In this document: piece by piece, positions 47,167-57,378 of the stretch | How the letters are laid out: every line of letters begins with the position of its first letter | How positions within the stretch are numbered: the stretch's first letter is position 1 | Origin: Eubacteriales bacterium | GTDB lineage: Bacteria > Bacillota > Clostridia > Oscillospirales > CAG-272 | Direction of reading: 5' to 3' | Assembly (NCBI GenBank): GCA_045588675.1 | Contig: JAZNER010000016.1 | Location: 27,488-91,487 of the forward strand | Length of the DNA stretch: 64,000 nt | Translations under genes and position numbers: made by a program | The notes under the pieces: model-generated | The model's database searches: none | Told to the model about the DNA's origin: nothing | What the model saw: the letters and a program-made list of their open reading frames with translations, nothing else

Positions 47167-48555
47167 TTAAAATCTCTCGTCCATTGCAATATAGTCCCGC
47201 GGCTTTGTGATACACTTGTAGCCAGGACGGATTATGCGGTTAGAGGTGCAATATTCCTCCATTCTGTGAGCACACCAGCCCGCAACTCTTGCAATAGCAA
47301 AGAGAGGCGTGTACATTTCAACAGGTATGTCAAGCATACGGTAAACAAGTCCTGAATAGAGGTCAACATTGGCGCACATAGCCTTGTCAATTCCCTTATA
47401 TGCCTTAAACAGCTCAGGCGTAATTCTTTCGATTTTTTCAAGCAGCTCAAAGTCATCACCAAATCCCTTATCATACGCCAGCTTCTTTGCATATCTTTTG
47501 AGCATAACGGCACGAGGATCGCTCTTGGTGTAAATGGCGTGTCCCATACCATAAATAAGTCCCGAGCCGTCATTTGCCTCGCCGTTGAGTATTTTAAGCA
47601 GGAAGGCTGCAACCTCGTCCTCATTTTGAATGTCACTGACATTTGCCTTGATGCAATCGAACATCTCCTGAACCTTGATATTAGCTCCGCCGTGTCTTGG
47701 CCCTTTAAGCGCTCCGATTGCCGCGCTTATAGCTGAATATGTATCCGAGCCCGAGCTTGAAAGCACTCGGCAGGTAAAGGTCGAGCAGTTACCTCCTCCG
47801 TGCTCGGCGTGAACTACAAGACAGAGGTCAAGAAGTCTTGCCTCCTCCTCGGTGTAGGATTTATCAGGGCGCAATACGCGAAGGAAATTCTCGGCAGTTG
47901 AAAGCTTTTCTGAAGGGTTGTGCAAATTCAGGCTCTTATCATTAAAGGCGTTTTCATAAACCGCATAGGACTGTGCCGCAATAATCGGCAAGCGTGAAAG
48001 CAGCTCCATGCTCTGATGAAGCATATTTTCAAGTCCTGTATCATCGGGATTGTCGTCATAAGCATAAAGCGACAAAACCGCGCTCGCCATTTTATTCATA
48101 ATTGACTTGCTCGGAGCCTTCATAATAATGTCTTCGGTAAATCTTGTCGGCAAGCGTCTGTACGCTGATAAAACATCATTGAACTCGACCAATTCCTCTT
48201 GTGTCGGGAGATGCCCGAAGAAAAGCAGAAACGCACATTCCTCAAAGCCATATCTTCCCTCTTTAACGAAATTGGTTATAAGGTTCGTTATTTCATAGCC
48301 TCTATATTCAAGCTTACCTTCAACGGCAGTTTTTTCACCCTCGTTGATAATATATCCGTGCGCGTTGCCAATTCTCGTAACACCTGCTGTAACGCCCGAG
48401 CCGTCCGCCTCGCGCAAGCCTCGTTTAACTCTATATCCATCAAAGGCTTCCTTCGGTATTACATAAGCAGACTTGGCATCATTAAACATAGTCTGAAACT
48501 CTCTGTCAAGGTCTGCATCTCTGTCGCTTGAATGATTTTTGGAATACAACTGCAT
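47167..48555 (-). CDS. gltA: Citrate synthase (Si-type family)
   Basis: GKLEYRGY, HAEHGGGN, GPRHGGAN, GMGHAIY..DPR, NVDLYSG and RIIRP; start MQLY after GGAGG. Confidence 0.9.
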   Translation of the reverse strand: MQLYSKNHSSDRDADLDREFQTMFNDAKSAYVIPKEAFDGYRVKRGLREADGSGVTAGVTRIGNAHGYIINEGEKTAVEGKLEYRGYEITNLITNFVKEGRYGFEECAFLLFFGHLPTQEELVEFNDVLSAYRRLPTRFTEDIIMKAPSKSIMNKMASAVLSLYAYDDNPDDTGLENMLHQSMELLSRLPIIAAQSYAVYENAFNDKSLNLHNPSEKLSTAENFLRVLRPDKSYTEEEARLLDLCLVVHAEHGGGNCSTFTCRVLSSSGSDTYSAISAAIGALKGPRHGGANIKVQEMFDCIKANVSDIQNEDEVAAFLLKILNGEANDGSGLIYGMGHAIYTKSDPRAVMLKRYAKKLAYDKGFGDDFELLEKIERITPELFKAYKGIDKAMCANVDLYSGLVYRMLDIPVEMYTPLFAIARVAGWCAHRMEEYCTSNRIIRPGYKCITKPRDYIAMDERF

Positions 48556-48727
48556 TCTTCTCTCCTCCAATCCTAACAATGCTAAATAATACTCACATTA
48601 TATCACTATTTGCCCCCTTTCGCAATTAACAAATTGTAAACTTTCATATTTTTGTCGAAAAAGTTGCATTTTTACAGTAAAAATGCAAGAATTTACAGCT
48701 TTAAATTCATTTACTTTACTTTGATAG

Positions 48728-48764
48728 AAAAAATCCTTCCAAATTTATTTTGGAAGGACTTTTT
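48728..48764 (-). terminator. Intrinsic terminator after the CDF transporter
   Basis: AAAAATCCTTCCAAA-TTTAT-TTTGGAAGGACTTTT. Confidence 0.7.
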
Positions 48765-49936
48765 TATTTGCGGTCGATATTAACGACAGCGCAAAAGGTA
48801 GGATTATGTGCGCTCACCTTTTCCTGAACTATTTTTTTAAGCTCCCCATCAGAATATTTCACCTCATACGGAGCGCAAACATCAAAAATCAAATTGCTAT
48901 GTGTAATTCCGCGAACAAATCTGAAATCGTGGATATCCATTCTCTCGTCAATGCTCTGCACCAAGGACAAGGTCATCTCCCTCATAGCTTTGACCTCCTC
49001 GTCGTCAGTAACTATCGGGTCCATATGGATATTTGAATGTATTCCAAGCTCGTCTGTAATTCTTCGCTCAATCAAATCTATCATATCGTGTAGCTCAAAA
49101 ATATCCTTCGAGCCGTCAACCTCAATATGAAGATTTACAATTGCCATTCCGGGTCCGTACGAATGGACAACCATATCGTGTATTCCAAGCGCGTCTGAAA
49201 ATTCACCTACAATATCCCGAACTCCCTGCACGATTTCAGGGTCAGCCTGCTCTCCGAGAATTGAATTTTTCGTTTCATTCAATATCTTAATGCCGGCGAT
49301 AAATATAATTATCGCAACCGCTACGCCCATATAGGCGTCTATATCGATTGCCGTAAACTTGTAAAGGAGCATAGCCGCTAAAACCGCCGCGGTTGCCGCC
49401 GCGTCAGACAGACTGTCTGCGGCAGTTGCCCTCATAACCGTTGAATTGATTTTATCTGCAAGCTTTCTGTTAAAAAAGCAAAGCCAAAGCTTGACAACTA
49501 TTGAAACAGATAAAACAATAATCATTATCCACGAAAACTCGGTATGCTTTTCCTTGTCAAAAATCTTCGCAACCGAATCGCTAAGTAAATTCCAGCCGAT
49601 AAGCAGAATGAAAAAGGAAACTATCATTGACGCAACATATTCAATTCGAGCGTGTCCAAAGGGATGGTCACGGTCTGCCGGCTTTGCCGCCATCTTAAAG
49701 CTTATCAGCGAAATAATTTGTGAGCCCGCATCCGACAAATTGTTAATTCCGTCTGCCTGCATTGAGATAGAACCAAAAATCAATCCGACGATGAATTTCC
49801 CAAACGCCAAAATCAAATTGAAAACAATACCCGTGATGCTTCCAAGCGTGCCGTAAGCGCGCCTGACTGCTGGCGACTTTATATCATCCTTGTTTTTTAT
49901 AAAAAGCTTACATAAAAGCTCTGTCAAATCAAACAC
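48764..49936 (-). CDS. Cation diffusion facilitator transporter
   Basis: ADGINNLSD, PADRDHPFGHARIEY, DSLSD, HDMVVHSYG and IHMDP. Confidence 0.92.
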   Translation of the reverse strand: MFDLTELLCKLFIKNKDDIKSPAVRRAYGTLGSITGIVFNLILAFGKFIVGLIFGSISMQADGINNLSDAGSQIISLISFKMAAKPADRDHPFGHARIEYVASMIVSFFILLIGWNLLSDSVAKIFDKEKHTEFSWIMIIVLSVSIVVKLWLCFFNRKLADKINSTVMRATAADSLSDAAATAAVLAAMLLYKFTAIDIDAYMGVAVAIIIFIAGIKILNETKNSILGEQADPEIVQGVRDIVGEFSDALGIHDMVVHSYGPGMAIVNLHIEVDGSKDIFELHDMIDLIERRITDELGIHSNIHMDPIVTDDEEVKAMREMTLSLVQSIDERMDIHDFRFVRGITHSNLIFDVCAPYEVKYSDGELKKIVQEKVSAHNPTFCAVVNIDRK

Positions 49937-49951
49937 CTCTTACTTCAGTAA

Positions 49952-51502
49952 TTATTCTTCTTCAATTCCCCAATATTTTTTATCAAGACTGCGGAACTGT
50001 ATCGCCTCCGCAATATGCTCTATGCGTATAAGCTCACTCTTGTCAATATCCGCAATGGTCCGTGCAACTCTCATTATTCGGTCATATCCGCGGGCAGACA
50101 AGCCAAGAGCATCATATGCGCAATGAAGCAAGTCCTTGGCAGAGTCGTCAGCTATACAATATTTTCTGATGCCTGCAGAATCAAGCATAGCGTTATTTAT
50201 ATATTTGTCGTTGCCCATACGCTCTCTTGCAAATTCGCGCGAAGCAATAACTCTTGCGCGTATCTCAGCCGAGCTCTCGCTCTTTATACTGTTGTCCGAC
50301 AGCTCGTTGTAGCTGAGCGACGGAAGCTCGATCTGAATGTCAATTCTATCAAGCATAGGACCGCTTATTCTTGAAATATAACGCTTTACATCAATGCTCT
50401 TGCAGGTGCATTTTCTCGTGGGGTGTCCAAAATAACCGCAACGGCAAGGGTTCATAGCGCCGACAAGCATAAAGCTGCACGGAAAGGTTACTCTTCCGCT
50501 TGCCCTTGTGATTGTTACCCTTCTGTCTTCAAGAGGCTGTCGCAGAGCATCTGTTACCTGCTTTGGAAATTCGGGAAGCTCGTCAAGGAAAAGCACTCCG
50601 TTATTTGCAAGCGAAACCTCGCCCGGCATTGGGTTTACCCCACCACCGACAAGGCTTACCGCGCTCATTGTATGGTGCGGAGAACGGAACGGGCGTACAG
50701 ATAAAATCGACATTCCGTCAGGAAGAGTTCCCGCAACCGAGTGTATCTTTGTGGTTTCAATTGCCTCAGCGAAGGAAAGCGGGGGAAGGATTGTCGGCAA
50801 ACGCTTTGCAAGCATAGATTTTCCCGTTCCAGGAGGCCCTATCAGAAGTATATTGTGCCCTCCCGTTGCTGCAATCTCCATCGCGCGCTTTGCCTGAGAC
50901 TGACCCTTGACATCTGCAAAGTCTATACTGTAATCTGACGCTGAGGCATCGAAATTATCACTGTTGTAATTTATAGGAGAAAGCAATTCGCTTCCATTTA
51001 AATGCGCAACTAACTGTTTCATATTTTCAACAGAATAAACGGCAATTCCCTTAACTGCCGCCGCTTCTCCCGCATTTTCCGCAGGAGCGTAAAATTCACG
51101 GAAGCCCGCATCGCGCGCCGCAACACACATAGAAAGAGCTCCGCGTATTCCGCGCAAATTTCCCGACAAGGAAAGCTCACCGATAAAGCATTTATCCGAA
51201 ATGTCAATGTCGGGACGGACAATGCCCGCACACCTCATAATACCAAGCAAAATAGCCACATCATATGCCGAGCCCTCTTTTTTTCTGTCGGCAGGTGCAA
51301 GATTAACTATAAAGGACATTTCAGGAAAACGATAGCCGCTGTTTATGCAGGCAGTTCTAACTCTTTCCTTTGCCTCTTTGACAGCCATATCGGGAAGACC
51401 GACAAGCTCAAAGTTAGGCAAGCGGGGCTGAGCATCTGCTTCAACCGTAACTATATATCCGTCAATACCAAAAATACCCGCGCTATATACAGAGGATAAC
51501 AT
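49952..51502 (-). CDS. comM: YifB/ComM-family Mg-chelatase-like AAA+ ATPase
   Basis: VNLAPAD, IGELSLSG, GPPGTGKS, RPFRSPHH, LFLDELPEF, NPCRCG and LSARGYDR. Confidence 0.92.
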   Translation of the reverse strand: MLSSVYSAGIFGIDGYIVTVEADAQPRLPNFELVGLPDMAVKEAKERVRTACINSGYRFPEMSFIVNLAPADRKKEGSAYDVAILLGIMRCAGIVRPDIDISDKCFIGELSLSGNLRGIRGALSMCVAARDAGFREFYAPAENAGEAAAVKGIAVYSVENMKQLVAHLNGSELLSPINYNSDNFDASASDYSIDFADVKGQSQAKRAMEIAATGGHNILLIGPPGTGKSMLAKRLPTILPPLSFAEAIETTKIHSVAGTLPDGMSILSVRPFRSPHHTMSAVSLVGGGVNPMPGEVSLANNGVLFLDELPEFPKQVTDALRQPLEDRRVTITRASGRVTFPCSFMLVGAMNPCRCGYFGHPTRKCTCKSIDVKRYISRISGPMLDRIDIQIELPSLSYNELSDNSIKSESSAEIRARVIASREFARERMGNDKYINNAMLDSAGIRKYCIADDSAKDLLHCAYDALGLSARGYDRIMRVARTIADIDKSELIRIEHIAEAIQFRSLDKKYWGIEEE

Positions 51503-51695
51503 TTCTAAAGGTCCTTTCTGAAACTAATTACATTCAATGCTAATTAATTGTACTTAACTATATTATAGCATAAAGAGAAAACAATTACAAGTAAAAAGAT
51601 TAGATTTTACATCAAACAGAAGACAAATCAAACAAAATATGAATAAATTGCCTGAAATATTTACAAACAAAGAGGGATAAGTATGCTCAAACCTA

Positions 51696-51724
51696 TTGAC
51701 ATTTTAAAAAATTTGAGGTATAAT
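51696..51724 (+). promoter_or_regulatory. Consensus sigma-A promoter of the LRR lipoprotein gene
   Basis: TTGACA-17 nt-TATAAT. Confidence 0.85.
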
Positions 51725-51767
51725 TTAATGTGTTAAATTATGTATGCTACCATTTCGGAGGTATTTA

Positions 51768-52562
51768 ATGAAAAAGTCAGCAATTATTATCACTGTTCTT
51801 TTGTCGCTCCTTCTCGTATCCTGCGCAGGCGGAGAAAAAAGCGACTTAACATCAATTAACGACTATATAGCACCGTCTTATACTGAAAAAATTGCAACAG
51901 GTACTCTGACATTTGCGGAGAATGTCGGTGATACCGCTATAATTACAGATTATGTTGGTCTTTACACTGACCACGAGGTAACCGTGCCTGAAAAAATTGC
52001 AGACCGTGAGGTAACCGTAATTGGTAAAGAAGCGTTCTACTTCTGCACCTCCGCGACAAAAATCAATCTTCCCGCGACAGTTACAAAAATTGAGGATTTC
52101 GCGTTTGCAGGCTGTACTTCGCTTGAAACTATCACGATTCCCGCAACTGTTACAAGCATTGGTAAGGGCGCATTCAATGCGTGCACATCACTTAAAACAG
52201 TAATTTTTGAGGGAGAAGCAGTTGTATCTATCGGCGACTTCGCATTCAACGACTGCTCTTCACTCGAAACTATCAATATTCCCGAAGGTGTAAAGTCTAT
52301 CGGTAACGGCGCATTTAAGAATTGCAAAGCTTTACAGAGCTTCAAAGCTCCCGAAACGCTTGAAACAATCGGCGGCTTGTCTTTTGACGGCTGCGAGGCA
52401 CTTAATACCGACGGAGCACTTACACTTACCGCATCAATTACATCAATTGGTGATTTTGCTTTCGTAGGCATAAACAAAGAGTACATAATCGCCCCCGAAG
52501 GCTCATATGCCGCCGAATATGTAGAGGCTATGAAGGCAACCGAGGAAACTGAAGCAGAATAA
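51768..52562 (+). CDS. BspA-type leucine-rich-repeat lipoprotein
   Basis: Start MKKSAII after GGAGG, lipobox LVSC; repeats such as IG..AF..CTSL.TI.IP. Confidence 0.88.
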   Translation: MKKSAIIITVLLSLLLVSCAGGEKSDLTSINDYIAPSYTEKIATGTLTFAENVGDTAIITDYVGLYTDHEVTVPEKIADREVTVIGKEAFYFCTSATKINLPATVTKIEDFAFAGCTSLETITIPATVTSIGKGAFNACTSLKTVIFEGEAVVSIGDFAFNDCSSLETINIPEGVKSIGNGAFKNCKALQSFKAPETLETIGGLSFDGCEALNTDGALTLTASITSIGDFAFVGINKEYIIAPEGSYAAEYVEAMKATEETEAE

Positions 52563-52576
52563 ATAATTATTCAAGC

Positions 52577-52609
52577 AAAAAAGACGAACATTAAATGTTC
52601 GTCTTTTTT
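52577..52609. terminator. Bidirectional terminator
   Basis: AAAAAAGACGAACAT-TAA-ATGTTCGTCTTTTTT between convergent genes. Confidence 0.85.
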
Positions 52610-52610
52610 A

Positions 52611-53633
52611 TTATATTTCAATATTCTCGCTTTGCATTTTGTGCTCTACCGCCAAGACAAGCGCCATCTCGGCTGATAAAATTGAATCTGATGAAATTGT
52701 ACACCCTGCCGCTCTCTCGTGTCCCCCGCCGCCGTAAAGCGCGCAAATCTCGGACACATCAAAGTCACAGGACGAGCGCATTGAAACGCGGAAGCGATTT
52801 TCTTCACTGAACTGTTTGATAACCGCCGCGACCTGAACGCCCTTTACACATCTTGCAACGTCAATCAAGGTTTCAAGATGCTCGTCCTCTGCGCCGTACT
52901 GCTTTTTGAGGTCGTATGGAAATGTAATAATTGCCACCTTGCCGTCAAGATGAAAATTCATTCGTTCAAATCCCGCGTGCTCAACCTGCATTTGCTTCAA
53001 GGTCTTTATTCCAAAAAGCTTGTGGTTGATATCGGCAGATTTCACTCCGCTATCAATCAGCCTTGCCGCCAAGTCGTGTGTTGCAGGTGAAACATTACTG
53101 TATCTGAAGCAACCCGTATCCGAGCTTACAGCGGTGTAAATCAGCTCGTTGGTTCTTTGCGGTATCTTAGCATTCAGCAGCTCCGCGCATCTCTCAATCA
53201 AGCTATACAAGACCTCGCCGCAAGACGACGCGTCGGGTAGAATATAATTATCGGCATAGGCAGTTCCCTTTCCGTGATGGTCAATCATCAAATCGATTTT
53301 GTCACGGTAAAGCTCATAAAGTGAGCCAAGCTGGGCAGGGGACGCCGTATCGACCGACACGACAATTTCAGGGACAAAATCCTCAGGCAAGGCATCCGTC
53401 GCGACGCTTTCCTGCGCGTCCTCAGATATAAACCTCAATCTGTCGGGCACCTCGTCTGCCGACACGCAAAAGGCCCGCTTACCCAAAGACACAAGAAAAC
53501 TGCGGAGCGCAAATGCAGAACCCGTTGCATCTCCGTCGGGATGTACGTGAAAAAGGATTAAATAATTATTTTTGACAGTCAGCAGCTCTGCTGCCTCGTC
53601 AAGAGCTAATGCCCTGTATCCCTGCTCTTCCAT
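52611..53633 (-). CDS. nrnA: DHH/DHHA1 oligoribonuclease-pAp phosphatase (NrnA-like)
   Basis: HVHPDGDA, IDHH, DTGCF, VSMRS and GGGGHERAAG; the usual rbfA neighbour. Confidence 0.9.
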   Translation of the reverse strand: MEEQGYRALALDEAAELLTVKNNYLILFHVHPDGDATGSAFALRSFLVSLGKRAFCVSADEVPDRLRFISEDAQESVATDALPEDFVPEIVVSVDTASPAQLGSLYELYRDKIDLMIDHHGKGTAYADNYILPDASSCGEVLYSLIERCAELLNAKIPQRTNELIYTAVSSDTGCFRYSNVSPATHDLAARLIDSGVKSADINHKLFGIKTLKQMQVEHAGFERMNFHLDGKVAIITFPYDLKKQYGAEDEHLETLIDVARCVKGVQVAAVIKQFSEENRFRVSMRSSCDFDVSEICALYGGGGHERAAGCTISSDSILSAEMALVLAVEHKMQSENIEI

Positions 53634-53635
53634 TT

Positions 53636-54022
53636 TTAAATTTCTCCGTCCTCGCCCGTATTCTCCTCGTCGCTGTCGGGGTCTGTAATCGTTATGCCTT
53701 CAAGTATCTTTGAAATTTTTGCGCCGTATTCAATAGAACCGTCCTCAACAAATGTAATTTCGGGAGTTATGCGCAAATTCATTCTCTTGGCTATCTGACC
53801 TCTTATAAAGCCCGAAGAAGATGCAAGTCCCTTCTTAATTTCTTTCTTATCACCGGTCAGTGCAGAATAATACACCTTGGCGTATTTGAGGTCGGGCGTT
53901 ACATTTGCCGAGGTTACGCTAATAAAGGAGTTTGCAACGCGCGGGTCCTTAACATCTCGCAATATCATTGCAATTTCCTTTTGAAATTCATCATTTATTC
54001 TTCCTTATCTGTATTTAGCCAT
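53636..54022 (-). pseudogene. rbfA: Ribosome-binding factor A with in-frame TAA at codon 6 (nonsense allele or sequence error)
   Basis: GGGAGG RBS then ATG 54022: MAKYR*GRINDEFQKEIAMILRDVKDPR..DLKYAKVY..LRITPEITF..D; TAA at 54005-54007. Confidence 0.85.
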
Positions 54023-54097
54023 TTTGCCCTCCCGTCGCATAGCGACTGTATTATTATTGTCTTATTATTGTACCTTTTATTCCGGATAATTATATGT

Positions 54098-55036
54098 TTA
54101 TTCTGGATAATTATATTTAAAGATTTCTCTTTCGGTTTCGGATAAATATCTGCCGCTCTCCTTGACACCCGTCAAGCCCTCATCAGCGTAAAAAGGAACA
54201 ATCTCACCGCTGATTTCATTCTCGTTCTGCACAAGCACCATTCCTATCCGCTTGTGACGCGCAACCTCAAGAAGAAAATTCATAGCCAATATAGCATCAT
54301 TTTGTACAGGCTCAAAGGAAAAGCTTATCGAATATCCTTCCCTTTCCCATTCGACTAAAATTTTTAAGCTATTCTCACGCGCAAATGTCCTTGCACTCAT
54401 AGCAAGCGCAAATAAAGCAGCGCAGAAAAACGGGCCCGAATAAACATTGCCGACACCAAGGTCATATCTTTCACTGCTCGCATTAATCGCATTGCAATCA
54501 ACGCTTATCTCTGCAAAGCTTGCCGCGCTTTGAATAGCCGCAAGAACTGTTTTTCTCTCAGGCTGACCCTCCTGCAATCTTGAATTATACAACGGCAATA
54601 AATTCCCGACGAAAGCGCTTATATAATCGTAGGCATATTCCTCTTCAGCCTTATCGCGACAGGCGTCATTTGCCCGAGCCAAAAACGTTTGCGAGCCTGA
54701 CATATTATCCCATATGTTATTTTTCAAAACATTCGCCACGCTGACAATAGGCAAATCAAAAATTACACATACTGCCATATATGAAGAATATGAGAAAAAT
54801 CGCAAAACAAGCGCAGGTAGCTCTTGTCCGTTGAATTTGGCAACAACAAAGAGGTTTTCAGAGCCAAATTCCTGCCTCTCAAGCAAAAAATCACTCTCAA
54901 TATCGTCAAGTCCTGCAATTTCCCTTAAATCTTTTCCAATAAATGCCTCTCGGTTATCCGCCTTACACGCAAGAACCTTCCAGCAGCTTGCTTCATCAAG
55001 CGTAAACAGATAGGCACGTTCCTTTATCTTCTGCAT
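54098..55036 (-). CDS. Hypothetical protein
   Basis: 312-aa ORF with AGGA RBS and TTGACA..TATAAT upstream; no motif recognised. Confidence 0.6.
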   Translation of the reverse strand: MQKIKERAYLFTLDEASCWKVLACKADNREAFIGKDLREIAGLDDIESDFLLERQEFGSENLFVVAKFNGQELPALVLRFFSYSSYMAVCVIFDLPIVSVANVLKNNIWDNMSGSQTFLARANDACRDKAEEEYAYDYISAFVGNLLPLYNSRLQEGQPERKTVLAAIQSAASFAEISVDCNAINASSERYDLGVGNVYSGPFFCAALFALAMSARTFARENSLKILVEWEREGYSISFSFEPVQNDAILAMNFLLEVARHKRIGMVLVQNENEISGEIVPFYADEGLTGVKESGRYLSETEREIFKYNYPE

Positions 55037-55104
55037 AACAAAATCCTAAAATAAACTGTAATATTATTATAGACGATTTTCGCTCTTTTGTCAAGTTGCA
55101 AATG

Positions 55105-55734
55105 CTATATGCTAAAATCAATTTGACTGTTTTTCAGCTCGTAAAGATAATTTTCCTGCCTGTGCGCGTCAATCTTCGAATATTTACCCGATTTACCTAT
55201 TGTAATCATATGACCGACATGCCTATACCCAAAAATTGAAGGCGGAAGGTGGGTAATCAGGTCATCAATATTTTTAATTACAAAAAAGCCATCCCATACT
55301 CGCCTGTTGCTCTTTCCCCAAATTACGCGCGGAGAGCCGAATCCAAATCCGAAAATCTTGTCTTGTATATCACTGCGGACATAACGGCAGTATTCATAGC
55401 ACAACAGCGCCACTCCCGCTCCGTGACTGTACCCCACAGAAACTATTTCCTTAACCGATTTGTCTGATATTTCATTTACAAGATAAGGCAAAATATCAAG
55501 CCAAACCGCGAGGAAGCCCTCGTGACAGTAAAGTCGTTTATTATCTTGCGGATATTTGACCGCGCGGTAGTTAAAATTGCTTTTCCAATCAACAGCTCCG
55601 TTGCTCTTTTCAAAGAAAATATACAGCGTGCTATGATCTCTAAAAAACGAAAAGCTTGCTCCGTTTTCGGTATGGGTGTAGCTTTGATTTAAGCACTGTT
55701 CAAACATATCGTAAAGAAATTGACTGAAACCCAT
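55105..55734 (-). CDS. Lipase class 3-like alpha/beta hydrolase
   Basis: HEGF, nucleophile elbow GYSHG, FGSPRV, DLITHLPP..GYRHVG. Confidence 0.85.
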   Translation of the reverse strand: MGFSQFLYDMFEQCLNQSYTHTENGASFSFFRDHSTLYIFFEKSNGAVDWKSNFNYRAVKYPQDNKRLYCHEGFLAVWLDILPYLVNEISDKSVKEIVSVGYSHGAGVALLCYEYCRYVRSDIQDKIFGFGFGSPRVIWGKSNRRVWDGFFVIKNIDDLITHLPPSIFGYRHVGHMITIGKSGKYSKIDAHRQENYLYELKNSQIDFSI

Positions 55735-55840
55735 AAAATCCCCCCAGACAAAATTGTGACTGTTACATTCTATGAGCTATCCTTGATTTTTGCGCTTGGA
55801 AAAGAACTGCTGTATAAAGTGTGGAGTGCTCTATACAGCA

Positions 55841-55878
55841 AACACCGCCTCAACCGAAATCGGTTGAGGCGGTGTTTA
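55841..55878 (-). terminator. Terminator-like hairpin at the end of the sugar cluster
   Basis: AAACACCGCCTCAACCGA-AA-TCGGTTGAGGCGGTGTTT perfect inverted repeat. Confidence 0.8.
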
Positions 55879-55965
55879 TTTTTAATTCAATAACATTTGT
55901 ATTGCGGCGTTGTCGCGGCACAAATGTTATTATTAAATTAATTGGTTTCTGCTTGCAAATCCAAA

Positions 55966-57270
55966 TTAAATCACGTAACAGCGAATTCCTTTGATCCTGC
56001 AGAAGTTCTTCAATTCTTCCACATAATCTCCGTAGCCTACCATCCAGTGATGTCCTATACCATTCGCCATGATCTCCTCGTTGATGTCCTCGACATTCTT
56101 GTCGAAACGTATCTTTACGGGGTTACCGGGGAATTCCATGCCACACGGAATAGCCTCGCCCCTCATTATCGCCATACGGAATTGGTCGCCGTGTCCGCAG
56201 ATGTTAACGGCGGTAACTGTACCGGATTTCATAAGGAAGCGGCTGCACACGCCTGTTTCAGCAAGACGAACAGGTGCCAGCTCAATATCTCCCTCTGCAA
56301 TCGAAAATCCTGAAGATCCGCAGTGTGCGAACAAAATCGTATTTGCTTTCTCGTCAAGGTAAAGAAGGTCGGTATTGTTGACAGGCTTTTCACTAAGCTC
56401 ATACAACAGCTTCATAGTAAGGGCATTTGTCACATCTCCCTCGCAGGAAGCAACTACGCCCTCCTCTGCAAGAATAGAATATCCAAGGCACACCTTGCCC
56501 ATATATGTCGTATAACACTTTACAGACAACGCCTCAAGCGCATATTCGTCTGCTAATGCGCGCATAGCTCCGTAATACTTCATAGATTCAAGCATATCGG
56601 CTTTGGAGGACAAAACCTTACAGGGCCTCAGCATATCCTTCTTTTCTTCAAGAAGTGCTGCGGCAGCCTCGTCAGACATAGCAGCAACCTTTTCAGTCAT
56701 TTCCTTCTCGTCAAGGTTGACAACTCTCGCACCAAGCTTCTGCTTGATTGAAAATTCGTCGTAAGCAATTTCGGTCATTCCCTTTACACGTCCGCCGATA
56801 GCTCCGATTCTCACCTTGCCCATGCAATTTGCCAGTGAGTAGGCAGTCGCTATCTGCTTAGTCTTTCTTGCGCATTTTTCATCATCGGCGTCACCGTAAA
56901 CGAACTCATAGGTTTTTCCAATGTCGGTAAATACCGCGCCGATCTGATGAGCGCAACACAAAGATCCGGTATCAAACGCAGGGAATGCGCGCAGAATTAC
57001 CGGCTTATCAATATATGAGAGCAGGTCCAACAAATGATGATCCTCGCTCCAGGTAGCAATACATATCAAAAGCACGTCCGCATCCATCTGCTTCAATACG
57101 TCTGCCGCTTTTTTAACAGTTTCCAAGTCGTGCATGACAACGCCTGCATTGCTGCAGTCCACGCCCATTCCGACCAAAGTGTCCACCGTTTGATTTAACA
57201 AATTCTCGGCATTGTCAAAGCCCACCTCAAAAGGACAGGCAAGACCTACCGCCGCAATATTTGCTTTCAT
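55966..57270 (-). CDS. L-fucose/L-arabinose isomerase-like protein
   Basis: ALSVKC, ASCEGD, FAHCG, G.VT and C-terminal GHHW..YGD pattern of FucI-related proteins. Confidence 0.75.
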   Translation of the reverse strand: MKANIAAVGLACPFEVGFDNAENLLNQTVDTLVGMGVDCSNAGVVMHDLETVKKAADVLKQMDADVLLICIATWSEDHHLLDLLSYIDKPVILRAFPAFDTGSLCCAHQIGAVFTDIGKTYEFVYGDADDEKCARKTKQIATAYSLANCMGKVRIGAIGGRVKGMTEIAYDEFSIKQKLGARVVNLDEKEMTEKVAAMSDEAAAALLEEKKDMLRPCKVLSSKADMLESMKYYGAMRALADEYALEALSVKCYTTYMGKVCLGYSILAEEGVVASCEGDVTNALTMKLLYELSEKPVNNTDLLYLDEKANTILFAHCGSSGFSIAEGDIELAPVRLAETGVCSRFLMKSGTVTAVNICGHGDQFRMAIMRGEAIPCGMEFPGNPVKIRFDKNVEDINEEIMANGIGHHWMVGYGDYVEELKNFCRIKGIRCYVI

Positions 57271-57378
57271 TCGATCGTTCTCCTTTCATTCTACCCGGTA
57301 TAGCTTCCAGGTCTCTTTATGCTCCGCACTCTCTTTAAGTGCGGTGGGGTTCTCTTTCTTACGGTTTAACGGGGCGAA

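Noticed and set aside
54005-54007. Genome-wide stop-codon reassignment or Sec/Pyl insertion in rbfA
   Set aside because: The codon is TAA, not TGA or TAG, and TAA terminates most genes in this window.
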